A stretch of 64,000 bases of DNA from Anolis carolinensis. Lineage: Eukaryota. Numbering within the stretch: the first letter of the stretch is position 1; each line of letters starts with the position of its first letter. The notes below the pieces were generated by a model. The model saw only the letters and a program-made list of their open reading frames with translations. It made no database searches and was not told the origin of the DNA. Where the stretch lies: positions 16,976,703-17,040,702 of the forward strand of contig NW_026943819.1 in assembly GCF_035594765.1 (NCBI RefSeq), read 5' to 3'. Positions 1 through 11,896 of this stretch are shown in pieces. Both the position numbers and the translations under genes were made by a program.

Positions 1-1
1 T

Positions 2-2944
2 CGCCCATCTAGTTCTCCAACTGCGGCACCAGTATTCTTTGTAGCCAAAAAGACTGGGGAACTTAGGTTGGTCTGCGACTATCGGATCCTAAACAAATAC
101 ACCATTCGGGATAGGTACCCGCTCCCTTTAATCTCGGAACTGTTATCAAGGGTGCAAGGGGCTAAGGTCTTTACCAAGCTTGACCTGCGGGGGGCCTATA
201 ACTTAATCCGTATACGGGAAGGGGATGAATGGAAGACGGCATTTAACACGTGTTTCGGATGCCACGAGTTCCGAGTCATGCCTTTTGGGCTTTGTAATGC
301 TCCTGCGGTCTTCCAGAGGTTCATGAACGATGTGTTCAGGGACCTAATTGACCAATTTTTAGTGATTTATTTGGATGATATCTTGATTTTTTCTAAGGAC
401 GAGAAAGAACATCGTCAACATGTCAAGCAGGTTCTGCACCGACTGCGGGCTAATGGGCTTTTCGCCAAGGCTTCCAAATGCGTCTTTCATGTGCCTGAAG
501 TGGAGTTCCTAGGTCATGTAGTGTCAGGTAGGGAACTTAAAATGGACCCACATAAGGTTGACGCCGTCAACTCATGGCAGGAGCTGAAAACTAAGAAGGA
601 TGTACAAAGGTTCTTAGGTTTCGCTAATTACTACCGGGAGTTTATTCCGAATTTTGCAAAGCTCACGGTACCTTTGACGCAGCTTCTGCGCAAGAAACAG
701 CCATTTGTGTGGGGGCGGGAAGCTCACGAGGCGTTTCTACAACTTAAGTCTAGTTTTCAATCGGACAACATACTAACCCATCCTGATGTTGACAAACCGT
801 TCGTGGTAGAAGCGGACGCTTCTAGCTACGCGTTGGGGGCTGTATTGTCTCAGAAGGACTCCTCAGGGACCTTGCGTCCCTGTGGATTTTACTCGCGGCA
901 ACTAACACCCTTCGAGCAGAACTATACCATATGGGAGAAGGAGTTGTTGGCGATTAAGGTGGCGTTTGAGGTGTGGCGGCACTGGCTTGAAGGGGCACGG
1001 CACCAGATCGTGGTCAGATCTGATCACAAGAACTTAGAGCACTTGCAAACAGCAAAGAAGTTAAACCAGCGTCAAATCCGATGGGCTTTGTTTTTCTCCA
1101 GGTTTAACTTCAAGGTGCAGTTCGTAGAGGGGAAGGCAAACTTGCGGGCCGATGCTTTATCCCGCAAGCCGGAGTTTAAGACCAATGAGCAGGTTGTATG
1201 TCAGACCATCTTGCCTACTGCCTCTCTGTGTGTTGTAGATAATGAGCTCGGGTTACATGACCAGATCCTTGCGGCTCAGAGGGATGATGTGTGGACACAG
1301 GAGCAACTGATGCTGCTCTCAGCAGGTAACCGTACCATACTGCCGCATCTACAAGATCAAGACGGAGTATTGGTACGCAGGGGGCAGGTCTACGTACCAG
1401 TGGGGGCCCTCAGGTTGGAGGTGATTAGAGCCCACCATGACGAACCCATGGCTGGGCACTTTGGCAGATTCAAGACCGTGCAGCTCATTACCAGGAGCTA
1501 TTGGTGGCCAAAGATGCGGCAAGACATTCTGCGCTTTTGTGACAGCTGCGCCGTTTGCCAGCAGAGTAAGACGCCTGTTGGGCGCCCTAGAGGGTTGTTG
1601 TCGTCTTTACCTGTTCCGGACAGGCCATGGCAAATCATTTCCATGGATTTCATTTCAGATTTGCCTAAGTCTGGGGGTTATACTTGTATTTGGGTGGTGG
1701 TGGATTTATTTAGTAAACTGGCTCATTTTATTCCTTGTTCAACCATTCCGGCGGCCCCTACGTTGGCCTTACTATTTACTAAGCACATCTATCGATTGCA
1801 CGGAGCACCCGAGGTGATTATTTCAGATAGGGCTCCGCAATTTGTGTCACGCTTTTGGAAACATTTCCATGAGTGTTTGGGGACTAAGTTAAACGTTTCT
1901 TCAGCTTTCCATCCGCAAACGGATGGACAGTCGGAACGGGTTAATGGGCTCTTAGAGCAATATCTGCGTTGTTTTTGTTTAGACCAACCCACGGCTTGGG
2001 TGAAGTGGCTACCGGTGGCGGAATTTGCTTACAACAATGCGGTGCACACATCTAGTCAGCATACGCCGTTTGAGCTAACTTATGGTTTTCACCCACGGGG
2101 AGGTGTGGCGCCGTCGACCAATGTGGTCTCTTCGGACCCTGTGTACCGCTCTACGGAAATGGCTGCATTGCATGATGTTGCCCGTCGCTTACTGCTGGAA
2201 GCTAAGGCAACGCAGAAGACTCAGGCTGACCGCCACAGGCAGGCAGGGGAGGAGTTGGAAGAAGGGGATTTGGTGTGGTTATCTTCCAAACATATTAAAC
2301 AGGCTGGGGGAAAGTTTGCGCCTCGGTATTTGGGTCCCTTTCCTATCGTTAAAAAGATTTCTTCCGTTGCGTTTCGTTTGCGTTTACCGTCTAGTTTAAA
2401 GGTCCATCCAGTCTTTCATCGTTCACTGTTGAAACTTGATACCTCTAGTCGTCGTGGTGCTATAGCGGAGGGTATCACTGCCACTTCTCCGCCATCGGGG
2501 GAGGAGGCCTTTGTGAGAGGGGATAGTGTTATGATTGAGCCTCATGGCTCTGTTACTGACAGACGTGGGCGTAAGACTCCTCGGGAGTCAGATACTCTCG
2601 AGGAGCGAGAGAGAAAAAGACTGCGAGACATATTTGCAGCACCATCTGACGAAGAATCTTTCGAAGGGTTTACGGAGAGAATGGAGGAGGGGCTGGTTAG
2701 CTCAGAGGAGGATGAGATGGATTGGACTCGGGTAAGGGAGGAATTGGGTGCCACTGGCCATGATGGGACAGAAGATGAATGGGGACCTTCAGGATTAGAC
2801 CCATGGCTTAGCTGGAGGGATGGGACGGGATCCACAGCTGGAGATGCTGTTGGGCGTAGTCAGAGGTGTTCCAGCTCTGACGAGGAAAGTGATGAGGAAA
2901 CGCCCGGGTTAAGGAGGACAGCTGACAGTGATGAAGATTTGTAA
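2..2944 (+). CDS. pol: Gypsy Pol (RT, RNase H, integrase) with LTR-encoded acidic C-terminal extension; frame already open at the window start
   Basis: RPSSSPTAAPVFFVAKK..LRLVCDYR; FTKLDLRGAY; MPFGLCNAP; YLDD at 368-379; RNase H ADAS/EKELLA/DHKNL/ADALSR; HHCC zinc finger; D,D,E core (MDF, SDR, SER); GPF motif; no stop until 2942-2944. Confidence 0.95.
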   Translation, partial: RPSSSPTAAPVFFVAKKTGELRLVCDYRILNKYTIRDRYPLPLISELLSRVQGAKVFTKLDLRGAYNLIRIREGDEWKTAFNTCFGCHEFRVMPFGLCNAPAVFQRFMNDVFRDLIDQFLVIYLDDILIFSKDEKEHRQHVKQVLHRLRANGLFAKASKCVFHVPEVEFLGHVVSGRELKMDPHKVDAVNSWQELKTKKDVQRFLGFANYYREFIPNFAKLTVPLTQLLRKKQPFVWGREAHEAFLQLKSSFQSDNILTHPDVDKPFVVEADASSYALGAVLSQKDSSGTLRPCGFYSRQLTPFEQNYTIWEKELLAIKVAFEVWRHWLEGARHQIVVRSDHKNLEHLQTAKKLNQRQIRWALFFSRFNFKVQFVEGKANLRADALSRKPEFKTNEQVVCQTILPTASLCVVDNELGLHDQILAAQRDDVWTQEQLMLLSAGNRTILPHLQDQDGVLVRRGQVYVPVGALRLEVIRAHHDEPMAGHFGRFKTVQLITRSYWWPKMRQDILRFCDSCAVCQQSKTPVGRPRGLLSSLPVPDRPWQIISMDFISDLPKSGGYTCIWVVVDLFSKLAHFIPCSTIPAAPTLALLFTKHIYRLHGAPEVIISDRAPQFVSRFWKHFHECLGTKLNVSSAFHPQTDGQSERVNGLLEQYLRCFCLDQPTAWVKWLPVAEFAYNNAVHTSSQHTPFELTYGFHPRGGVAPSTNVVSSDPVYRSTEMAALHDVARRLLLEAKATQKTQADRHRQAGEELEEGDLVWLSSKHIKQAGGKFAPRYLGPFPIVKKISSVAFRLRLPSSLKVHPVFHRSLLKLDTSSRRGAIAEGITATSPPSGEEAFVRGDSVMIEPHGSVTDRRGRKTPRESDTLEERERKRLRDIFAAPSDEESFEGFTERMEEGLVSSEEDEMDWTRVREELGATGHDGTEDEWGPSGLDPWLSWRDGTGSTAGDAVGRSQRCSSSDEESDEETPGLRRTADSDEDL

Positions 2945-3676
2945 CTGGCATAAAATGGGGCTTGGGAGCAATTGCAAATTGCGTCGGGCAAGGTAATCTG
3001 GGCAAACGCTTGGGATCCGTGTGTGTGTGGGACGCTTCCCTGAAGACTTGTGTGCTTTCCTGTGCTGAGACGTAAGTTGATTGGAATCCAAGGTCAGACG
3101 GCGGGAGGGATTGTGTGGGCATTTGTTTGTGCAAACCTGTGCTTACTCTTATTAGCTTGACCTTCCGTCGTCTTTCTGACGGACGCCATCTCCTGCTTTG
3201 AGAACCCGGACTGAACTGACCACGGCTTGTCTTCCCCCCTTCTTGGACTTGGAAAAACTACAAACGTCTGCTTCTGGCTTTGATCTACGGAACGGAACTG
3301 GTCTACTCTACTTCTGCAATCCTTGGCTGAATTGCTCGTGTTGGAGATCCTGTCTACTGTGTGTGTGTGGGAGCGACGCAAGTTACTCTAAGCACAGTGC
3401 TGGCAGCAGAGAGGAATCTGCTGCCAATTAGTTGCATTCTTTGTATCTTTTGTTCCTTGGCTTTTGTTCTGTTAATACCTAGGCTGAAGCAAGCAGTTTG
3501 TTTTTACCCGGATTAAACTCCGGTTTAATCCGGTTTATCTTTTGAACATTTACTTTTGTCCCTTTTTGCTACTAAAGGCAAAAACTGCCTGGCCCTTGTG
3601 TTTTTACGGGCATTTTTGAGTTCTGTAATCTAATAAACTCTGTTACTTTGAATCTTGTGGCGTTCTGTCTTTGACA
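2527..3676 (+). repeat. 3' LTR (1150 bp) of the Gypsy element
   Basis: TG...CA ends (TGTTA/TGACA) after the PPT; TATA-like CATAAAA at about 2949; AATAAA at 3632-3637 followed by a GT-rich tract; 5' LTR not in the window. Confidence 0.85.
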
Positions 3677-4891
3677 AAGCTGTGGTAAAAAAATACTGAT
3701 AGTAAATATGACCCAAAAGCATATACACTATTTAGGATATGGCCATTAAACTATGATATACAATAATGCTGAAGTAGCAGAAATCTTCTCTTATTTTGAT
3801 ATCTCAGGGAGGTCATTTCATCCCTGTCTAACTCTGAAGGAGAAAGAACTGGGCAGTCAACAAGTGCAGTAGAATATGAAGTGCAAAGAACGTAGAGGCA
3901 AAGACAAAAATGCTCCCTGTGGCTACAACAAACAGCAGACATCCTGCTTCATATTTTAAAACAGAATTGCAAGATCTGCAAAACTTTTTTTTCAAACCAG
4001 GGTGGAACTACAAGCTCAAAGTATGCTTTGCTTCCCTTCCAACTTGAATCTACAATGAGTGGTGCAATGCTGCGGGCTACTAATTAACATTTATTCTATG
4101 TATCTAAAGCACTCAACAGACTAAATGTTTGAATGACTCTGAATACAGGCAACTACAGGCACAGGTTGTGCAATCCTGTGACTGTCATTATATGAGTGTT
4201 CAACACCAAAAAGACTAGGAGGGATGTGCTGTATGAAAGGGGGGGGGGGATAGAACTGTCAGCACAGAATGGTTGCATTGGGTTCTACAACACAACTATC
4301 TAGTTTACAAGTTGTGCTTAAGCTGACGGCAAAGGAATTAAGTATGGCTGAGAACTAAGTCATTTAATTTCTGTTTTACATGAACAAGGAACAAGCTTGC
4401 TACATTATGCCGCAAAAACACCTCACTGGGTTTGAGTATTTTTCCTTTACTGCAAGAACCACTAAGCTAAATATATATATCTAACACAAGGGGTGCATTT
4501 CATAACCTGAATGTAAGACTATTACTTCAGGTTTATTTTAAATATAGTGAATAGTAATATGTTATTATTAATGTGCAAACAGTTTATTTGATCTAAGTCC
4601 CCAGAAAGGTCAGCAGTGTGCAAAGTATGTCCAGATTAGTTCTAGTACTCATTTGAGGGCAAGCTTTTTGATTATGAAGAAGTAGCATCAGATGCTATCG
4701 TAGTGAGCTATATATTAAAGATATTGTTTTAAAATGTGAACAAGTTATAATTAAACAGAGAGGGACTTTATATACCAAAAAGCCATGCAAAAAATTGGAA
4801 TGGTATTTATATCAGCAAAAATATTCTAAATGGAACTAAATATATAGTTGCAGGACCAGCACTTTCTCTCACTTATTACTCCAAAGATTAC

Positions 4892-4971
4892 CTGTTATTG
4901 TTTCGACAGTTCCGGCAATTGGCACACTCTGAAAGATCTGTCTGAGGTACCGGTGTGAATATTTCACTGCC
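4892..4971 (-). CDS. CDON: CDON exon, cytoplasmic Cys-rich motif; last exon in the window
   Basis: Hand translation [26 protein letters not shown](R); 80 nt; AG/GT ends. Confidence 0.92.
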
Positions 4972-5227
4972 CTGGAAGAAGATTCTTTTATCAAAATCAG
5001 CATTAAGGATTCCTCATGAAACAGCTAGATGGTAACATTCCAGGCTATAATAAAGGCATCAGTTTGTCTGAAAGGCAGGGCATACACTACTCCATGATGT
5101 TCCGCTTTACAAAGCAAAATGTTAGTGCTAAAGCAAAGCAACCAGTCAAGACATAGCAATTTATCTAGTTCTGTTTTTGGCCTGAAATACCTGGGTATAA
5201 TTTAGGAAAGATGAAAATGCACTACAT

Positions 5228-5361
5228 CAGTGGTTCCTAACCTTTGGGCATCCAGGTGTTTTGGACTTCAATTCTCAGAAATCCCAGCCATCTTACCAGC
5301 TGTTAGGAATTGTGGGAGCTGACGTCCAAAACACCTGTAAGTCCAAAGGTTGGAACCACTG
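5228..5361. mobile_element. hAT-type MITE
   Basis: CAGTGGTTCC...GGAACCACTG TIRs; near-identical 8-bp TSD cactacat/ctctacat. Confidence 0.8.
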
Positions 5362-6930
5362 CTCTACATACAGATAAATGGCATGCAGTTAAGCATCTTT
5401 TCACTTGTATCTGACAAGTGTTTCACTTATGAGGCAGAATAAACCTGGTCCATTTTCCTTTTGTCACTTTGATTACATCAGCTTGGCTTCACTGAATTCA
5501 ATCTGAAAGTGGTCTATATTTATACAGATCCTATAACTCATCTGCCAAAACTGATTTTGAGCTGTTGGTCTTGGCTGAAGCATCCTTTGCAATTAGAACT
5601 TCTCAGATTAACACATATCTCACTGCCGAATACCAGGGAGATGCAGACTGGAAGAACATTTGAAATCTGTGTTTTACCTACCCAAACCAAGAATGTGAAA
5701 AGACAGTTTTATAACCAAATCTGAAGTCCAAACTAAAGCTGATCCTATTAATTTTTTTGCCTTTCACAAACCAATGGATTTTGGGAAATGTAGGTCTGTG
5801 AAGGAGCCAAGGGACTATAACGAAAAGTACTGCGCATGCACACAAAACACTAATTCCATGTTATTATGTTGTCTCCATGTACTGCTATAAGATAAAAGAG
5901 ACAAATTAGGAGCTTATGGATAGATTCTCAAATTGTATTTTGGTATGGGAGTCAGCCAAGCAAAATGCACATGGCTTTCATTAATTTTGAAGAATGTGTG
6001 CCTCTCAAGTTTAGCACACTCTCCTCCTTTAAAATGGCCAGAAGAACAGAAGACTTAGGCTCTGGAGCATTTTAAAGAAATGTGTACTGAACTACATGTG
6101 AACTTCAGACTTGATTAACATACAAAGAAAGCAATAGTTTAAATCAGTTTAACTTTATGAACAATAAATTAGCCATCTATAACAGAATAGGCAACATTTC
6201 CAGACGCAAAGGCTTAATTGGGGATTATCCACCATGAGCTCCAGGGTTTCAGTTTATTCCTTCAAAAATATGGGATAAATTTAAACATGAATATTCACCC
6301 ACTAGAGTGAGATAGCTATCCATCAGTGTATGACACTGATATAGAAAATAAAGGAGAAACAAACAGAAACAAGCAAACACTGGGCTTTCAAATGGAATCT
6401 TAATGTGAATTTGTTAGCCTTGAAAATCCTGGAAGGGTTCTTAAAACTATGACAGCTGAAACAGAAAGTATGCATCTGGATTTGTTTGGTCAGGATCTTT
6501 AGCCCATATTGTATAGTCTCTTGAAAACTGCAAGGCTTACAAAGTACTTGTGCTGTGAATTAAACTATAGTCTTTTTTTTTTTAAAATGAAAGTTGCACT
6601 CCCTAAAGGTCTGGTTTTACAAAGATTGGTGGGGGACAGTTTACCGATGAATCCATGTGTTCATAGAATCATAGAGTTGGAAGACAACACCAGGACCATC
6701 CAATCCAACCATGTTCGAAATGCAAAAGTAATGTCTAAATTGAGATCTCATGAGGGCCCCAAATACTATATTTATAGAAGTATTAAAATGATGTACTTCC
6801 AACCAGATGATTCCAGAAATCCCAGTTACAAAGTTTGTTAGAATACAAAACATACCTTTGCAGTTTTGTAATGTAGAGCACTTATTCAGATGCTAAAGAA
6901 TCAGACTTATGAAATGGAAACTTCACTTAC

Positions 6931-7217
6931 ATTTTCTAGGTGGTGGGTGTGTTCATACTCCATGTGCGATCTGGATAAGGAGTTTGTGTGTCCAGGATAA
7001 ACACCATTTCCTCCATTCACAACACCATTCATGATCCCATTCATTCCATTAGGAGTCTTGTGATGGAGGTGAAGGCAACCATTACTGTGGTTTCCATTAC
7101 TAATAAAGTTCCCATGTATGCTGCCATTGATACGACTCATGCCTGGCAATGTAGTATATTCAACCATTTGCCCATTGATGTCAGCACTTTGGTAGAGATA
7201 ACCAGGAGGGTCATACT
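6931..7217 (-). CDS. CDON: CDON exon, cytoplasmic
   Basis: [10 protein letters not shown]...[10 protein letters not shown]...EHTHHLEN|gtaagt; 287 nt. Confidence 0.93.
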
Positions 7218-7816
7218 CTGTAACAGCAGGAAAATATGCTTAGCAACTATAATCAATTTTCAAACATTACAAAATAATCTGAAAAGTTGCAGATGGAGAA
7301 AGCCTTGATTTAGCTGTGCAACACATGTTATAATGCAATATAGTTTAAACAACAAGAAACTACTGTTAAAACAGCTGGCTGAAACTGATTATGTATTTCT
7401 ATAATTTGGTATTCTGAAATAACTGCAATATAAAGAACAGGATTTGGATTATATCAAACAAGATTATACCAACTTTATGAAAATTTAATATAGCAAAAGA
7501 ATATGTAGAAACAGGACTGATCTCGCTTTCCTAGACATATATTTTAAAGCAGATGTTAATAAAAATTTTCATTAGCTACACTTATCACCAGCCTTTTGAA
7601 AGAGAAAGTCTGACATATCAGAAATGGAAAACAAAGGCAGATTTGTCAGGCTCTAACCACTGGGGTTCATTTGTTTCCCTCACTGCATAGTTATGTTTAT
7701 TCAGTGGTGCTTTAACAATGACTGGATTGTACACAGAGCTGTGGCTTAAGATTACTTTGCAATAACAGAATCCTTAGTTGATAGCAGAGGGACTAAGAAT
7801 ATTAGAGATAACATAC

Positions 7817-8044
7817 TCTGCATGACATTTTGCTGGCAGTTTTTCCACAAACACATGGCAATGAAGACTATGAGGATGAGAACCATCACGCCAAGGACAC
7901 AGCCTACAATCAAGTACAGCATATCACTGCTTCGGACAGGACCGCTGGGTTGACCAGCATTGCTTCCAGCACCACGGTCAGGAGAATTAGGCGGCGTACT
8001 GAGGTCCTTCACTGGATATTCTGATGCTCCAGGAGTACGCTTCA
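7817..8044 (-). CDS. CDON: CDON exon, juxtamembrane and transmembrane helix
   Basis: [19 protein letters not shown]...[29 protein letters not shown]; 228 nt. Confidence 0.95.
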
Positions 8045-8817
8045 CTAAAGGGGAGAAGGCGAGTGTTTGACAAACAAAAAGAATACTTGTTATTCTTGCC
8101 ACAAGCAGAAGTTCAAATTCTATTAAGATACTAATGTGGATAGGAGGGAAATCTCTCCACTGGAGACTTTAATTCATGCCAGCTCTATATTGTGAGTAAC
8201 TTACGCACATGGGTTTAATTCAAGCATTCTTAAGCAGGAACAAATAATAGAAATGAGTCAATGGCTTTCATTTATATGCCAGTTTTTTTCCATGTTTGAA
8301 AGCGTGGAGGTAACTAAAGTTTCCCATTTAAAACAGTGACAGGGCATGTGCACTGTTGCTTCATATGTGAGACTTCAAGTAGTTTGTGACTTAGAGTGAT
8401 GCTAAGGCAATTCTCTCATGGGGTTTTCAGGGGCTGAGAGTGAATAAATAGGTATTTATTGATTTTAACTGAATTTTAAAATATATATTTGTAGATTGAA
8501 ATTGTAATGAAATACCTTTAGGATTCATACAGGATGACCTGCAGAAAATGTGGAATAGTTTCTCTGAAAGGTTAAGTAGCCAAGATAGCTAAAACAGATG
8601 GTTATTTTAAAGGTATAGGATGTTTGATCCTACTAGACTGCAGTTCTCATGATCCTTCTCCATAAACTACATAACTATAAATCGTGAGATTTGTAGTCTA
8701 ACATCTAAAGAGCCAAATGTTTTGTATCCCTAATCTATCTGAGAATGAACTTTAGGAAGCAGATATGTGGCCAGAGATTTGATATCAGAATAAAAAAACT
8801 TAACAACCCATTCTCAC

Positions 8818-8940
8818 CTTTGGTCTCACATATCATCACATTGCTATAGTCACTTTCACCTCCTTCATTGTAACATTGCATTTTAATGTCATAGGATGTT
8901 TCAGGTTGCAGGTGGCTTATCAAGTGCCATTGTTTTGTGC
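8818..8940 (-). CDS. CDON: CDON exon, FnIII-3 end
   Basis: [41 protein letters not shown]; 123 nt. Confidence 0.95.
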
Positions 8941-9177
8941 CTAGAAATAAGAGGAATAAACAGATGTTGTCTTGGTGCAATAATGGTAAACAAACAAACA
9001 AAAAAGATAAAAAGTACACTCCCCCCCCAAATTGTCTGGACATTCCCACATTTGATCTTTTAAAATGGGTGAGCAGCTTCTTAGGTATCATACCAAAATT
9101 TGGTAGACCATCTTTTTGCCTTCAAAGCAGGGCTAGGCATAATTAAGCATATGTGCTAGACATAGCCCCAGACCTCT

Positions 9178-9570
9178 ATTTATTTATTACAATATTTATA
9201 TCCTGCCTTTCTCACCCAACAGGGGACTCAGGGCGGCTTACAATAAAACACATATATAAAAATTGTACAATACACTATAAATCAGTTAAACATTGTTAAC
9301 TTACATCAGACATTCATAAAACACATTCTAAAATACAGATGGGCGTGTTCAAGTTTAAAAGACTAGGTCTGTCGATTGAGTTCCAGCGTACATGATAATA
9401 ATTAGCGCTGCTAATTGTTATTCGAAAGCCTGGCCCCACAACCAAGTTTTAACTTTCCTACGGAAGGATAGGAGGGAGGGAGCCTGCCTGACTTCACTTG
9501 GGAAGGTGTTCCATAGGCAGAGAGCCACTACTGAAAAAGCCCTGTCTCTCATCCCCGCCAGCCCAACATG
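9178..9570 (-). mobile_element. L2 LINE 3' fragment
   Basis: RAFSVVALCLWNTFPSEVRQAPSLLSFRRKVKTWLW C-terminal motif, plus L2 stem-loop tail and (TAAA)n. Confidence 0.75.
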
Positions 9571-11743
9571 TTTGCTGGGGTTAAAAAACTGTCTGAAAAA
9601 CATCCAAATGGACACTATCTATGATCCCTCGAACTGGAAGCAAATAGCGGTCAAAGAGTGCCTGAAAGTAAAGTAAAACAGAATTGACTTCTGGTTTGCT
9701 GTAAACATGTAATTGCAGCCTACTCCATACTGGGTTCTTTGGGAATGAAAACTAAATGCAACTGTTTATAATAAGTAAAAACTGGCACTACAATATTTAC
9801 TAGAGTATTTCTAACCCACCTTTACCAATAATCTCATAGTCAAGAAAGACTATAAAATGATAAAGCTACAGCCTCACAGTTCAACATGAAAACAGCCATA
9901 ATAAATCAGAACACTGCTATTATACCAAGATAAAAACATGGTCTTAAACCAGTGCTAAGATCAAACTAGCACTGATCCCAGCCAAGCCTTTATGAAAGGG
10001 ACATTCTAAGAATGGATGCCAGGGGGCGGGGTATGTGTTCCTAGCCAGAGCAATCTTACTTTCCCTTCAAATGTCACTTTACACATGGAACAAATGTGAG
10101 TATAGGACTACTATGGTTACCAGAACTGACTATACAGAGATTTTGACTGAGTTCACATGACAGCATAACAATATATGAATGAATGCCTCTTAAGATACTT
10201 TGCTAAGAGCTTGAAAGGGCATCAATGTCTCAAACAATGTCTCACCTCATTCATGTTTGTTATTTCATATGCTTAGATGCAAATTTAAAATACAGGCTGA
10301 AATGGCAAGCGAGATTTCCTTGAGACATTATTTTTTCTTGTAGCTCCATCTTTCATTCTATTCCGAGAATTTCTTTCAGTAACCATATCAGATTTAAGTT
10401 TTCCTTCCTATCATTACTAACAGTGGAACAAGAATTTAAACTTTGTTCTCTGAAAAAAAAATTATGCAGCTGTCATCAGACAACAGGCTGCTTTTTTGAA
10501 CACTATCTTCAGGAACTAAAGATGCACTGTTTCGGCATATGGGATGTTCAGGAATGGTATTTTTGCTGAACAGGCAGAAAAAGCAACCAAGGATAAAATG
10601 CAAAAATGAATGATATATTTTTGAAAAGTTACCATGTACCAACATATATACAAAAAACAGTAGTTCTGACTCAATACCTGAACAAGAAGTGGTAATAAAC
10701 CTTCAGGTTATCAGTGAAATCTCAACAATTACAAAAGGTTTTTTTGCTAACTGAATGTAACCAAAAATCCTTGGTCAAAGTTTACGTTTACTAAAAGAGT
10801 AAAAAGAATCTAAAACTGTAATGATTCAAAGGGCATAACATACATATGACACATAGTCTCTAACATAGTTGCTATACTGAGTGGTTGTTACAATTAGAAA
10901 TAGTTATTTTCTGTATTTGACAAAGCTTTGATACCTATCTCAGCAAATGTATCTGTTCACATTTTGGCAAACCAGACCAGCTGCTAATGATTTCAGGTTT
11001 TCACTAAGATGTCTGTATGCATAAAGCTGAAAATCAGTAACAAGCAAATTTCACAGAACAGTGGAAGTTGCTTAAACATTTACAAATGGAACAGACAACT
11101 ATCTCAGAGTGCTTAAGACTTCAATTAATTTTACTTAGCACATTGCAAAGCATTTGGTGGGCCACTGCAGAGTTAAAATAATGCACATATGAATCGAAGT
11201 AGCAGACAAGCAACTGCTAGCTCTTGGACTCAATTTTATATTTTGGAGTATATAGCAAGAAAGTCCTCAAATTGAACTAAATATTCATGTAATTTGAACA
11301 GAGGATAATTTTCCAAAAGACATTTTAAACAAGTGGGCTGAGTAAAGAACCAACACAAAACGGGAAAGTCTTAGTTGGACAGAAAAAAAGAGCCTGAAAA
11401 GAGAAACAAATACACTTTAGAAATTAATTATACTGAATAGAACTATGGGTACCAGAAATACAAGGAGTAGCCATTACTATAGTCAGAATGGAAGTCCTTA
11501 TTGCAATGGCAAAATGTTAAAATTTAATCTTCCTGGAACAACAGGAAGGAAAAGCATAATTTCCAGTTGTCTCAACTGTATTGAATCAATAGATGTGATA
11601 TAAATGCTGGCTTTCCAAATTCTCACTGTTTCAGGGAAACAATCACATTTAAGCTCAAATGGACAGATTTATGGAGGCTCTCATTGTCTGGCTAGTGCTT
11701 TCCTTGAGTCAGGAAAGGAAAGGACAAGAAGGTACACCTCCTA

Positions 11744-11896
<153 letters not shown>

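Larger units (their letters stand above)
1..3676 (+). mobile_element. Ty3/Gypsy LTR retrotransposon, 3' part (pol, PPT, 3' LTR), truncated by the window start; antisense inside a CDON intron
   Basis: RT-RNaseH-integrase domain order; polypurine tract GAGAGGGGATAG at 2515-2526 directly before TGTTA at 2527; terminus TGACA at 3676; composition shifts to AT-rich host DNA after 3676. Confidence 0.95.

Noticed and set aside
1437-3431. Alternative-frame and antisense ORFs within the Gypsy element (possible env or antisense gene)
   Set aside because: Short shadows of pol and the LTR; no signal peptide, furin site or TM pattern
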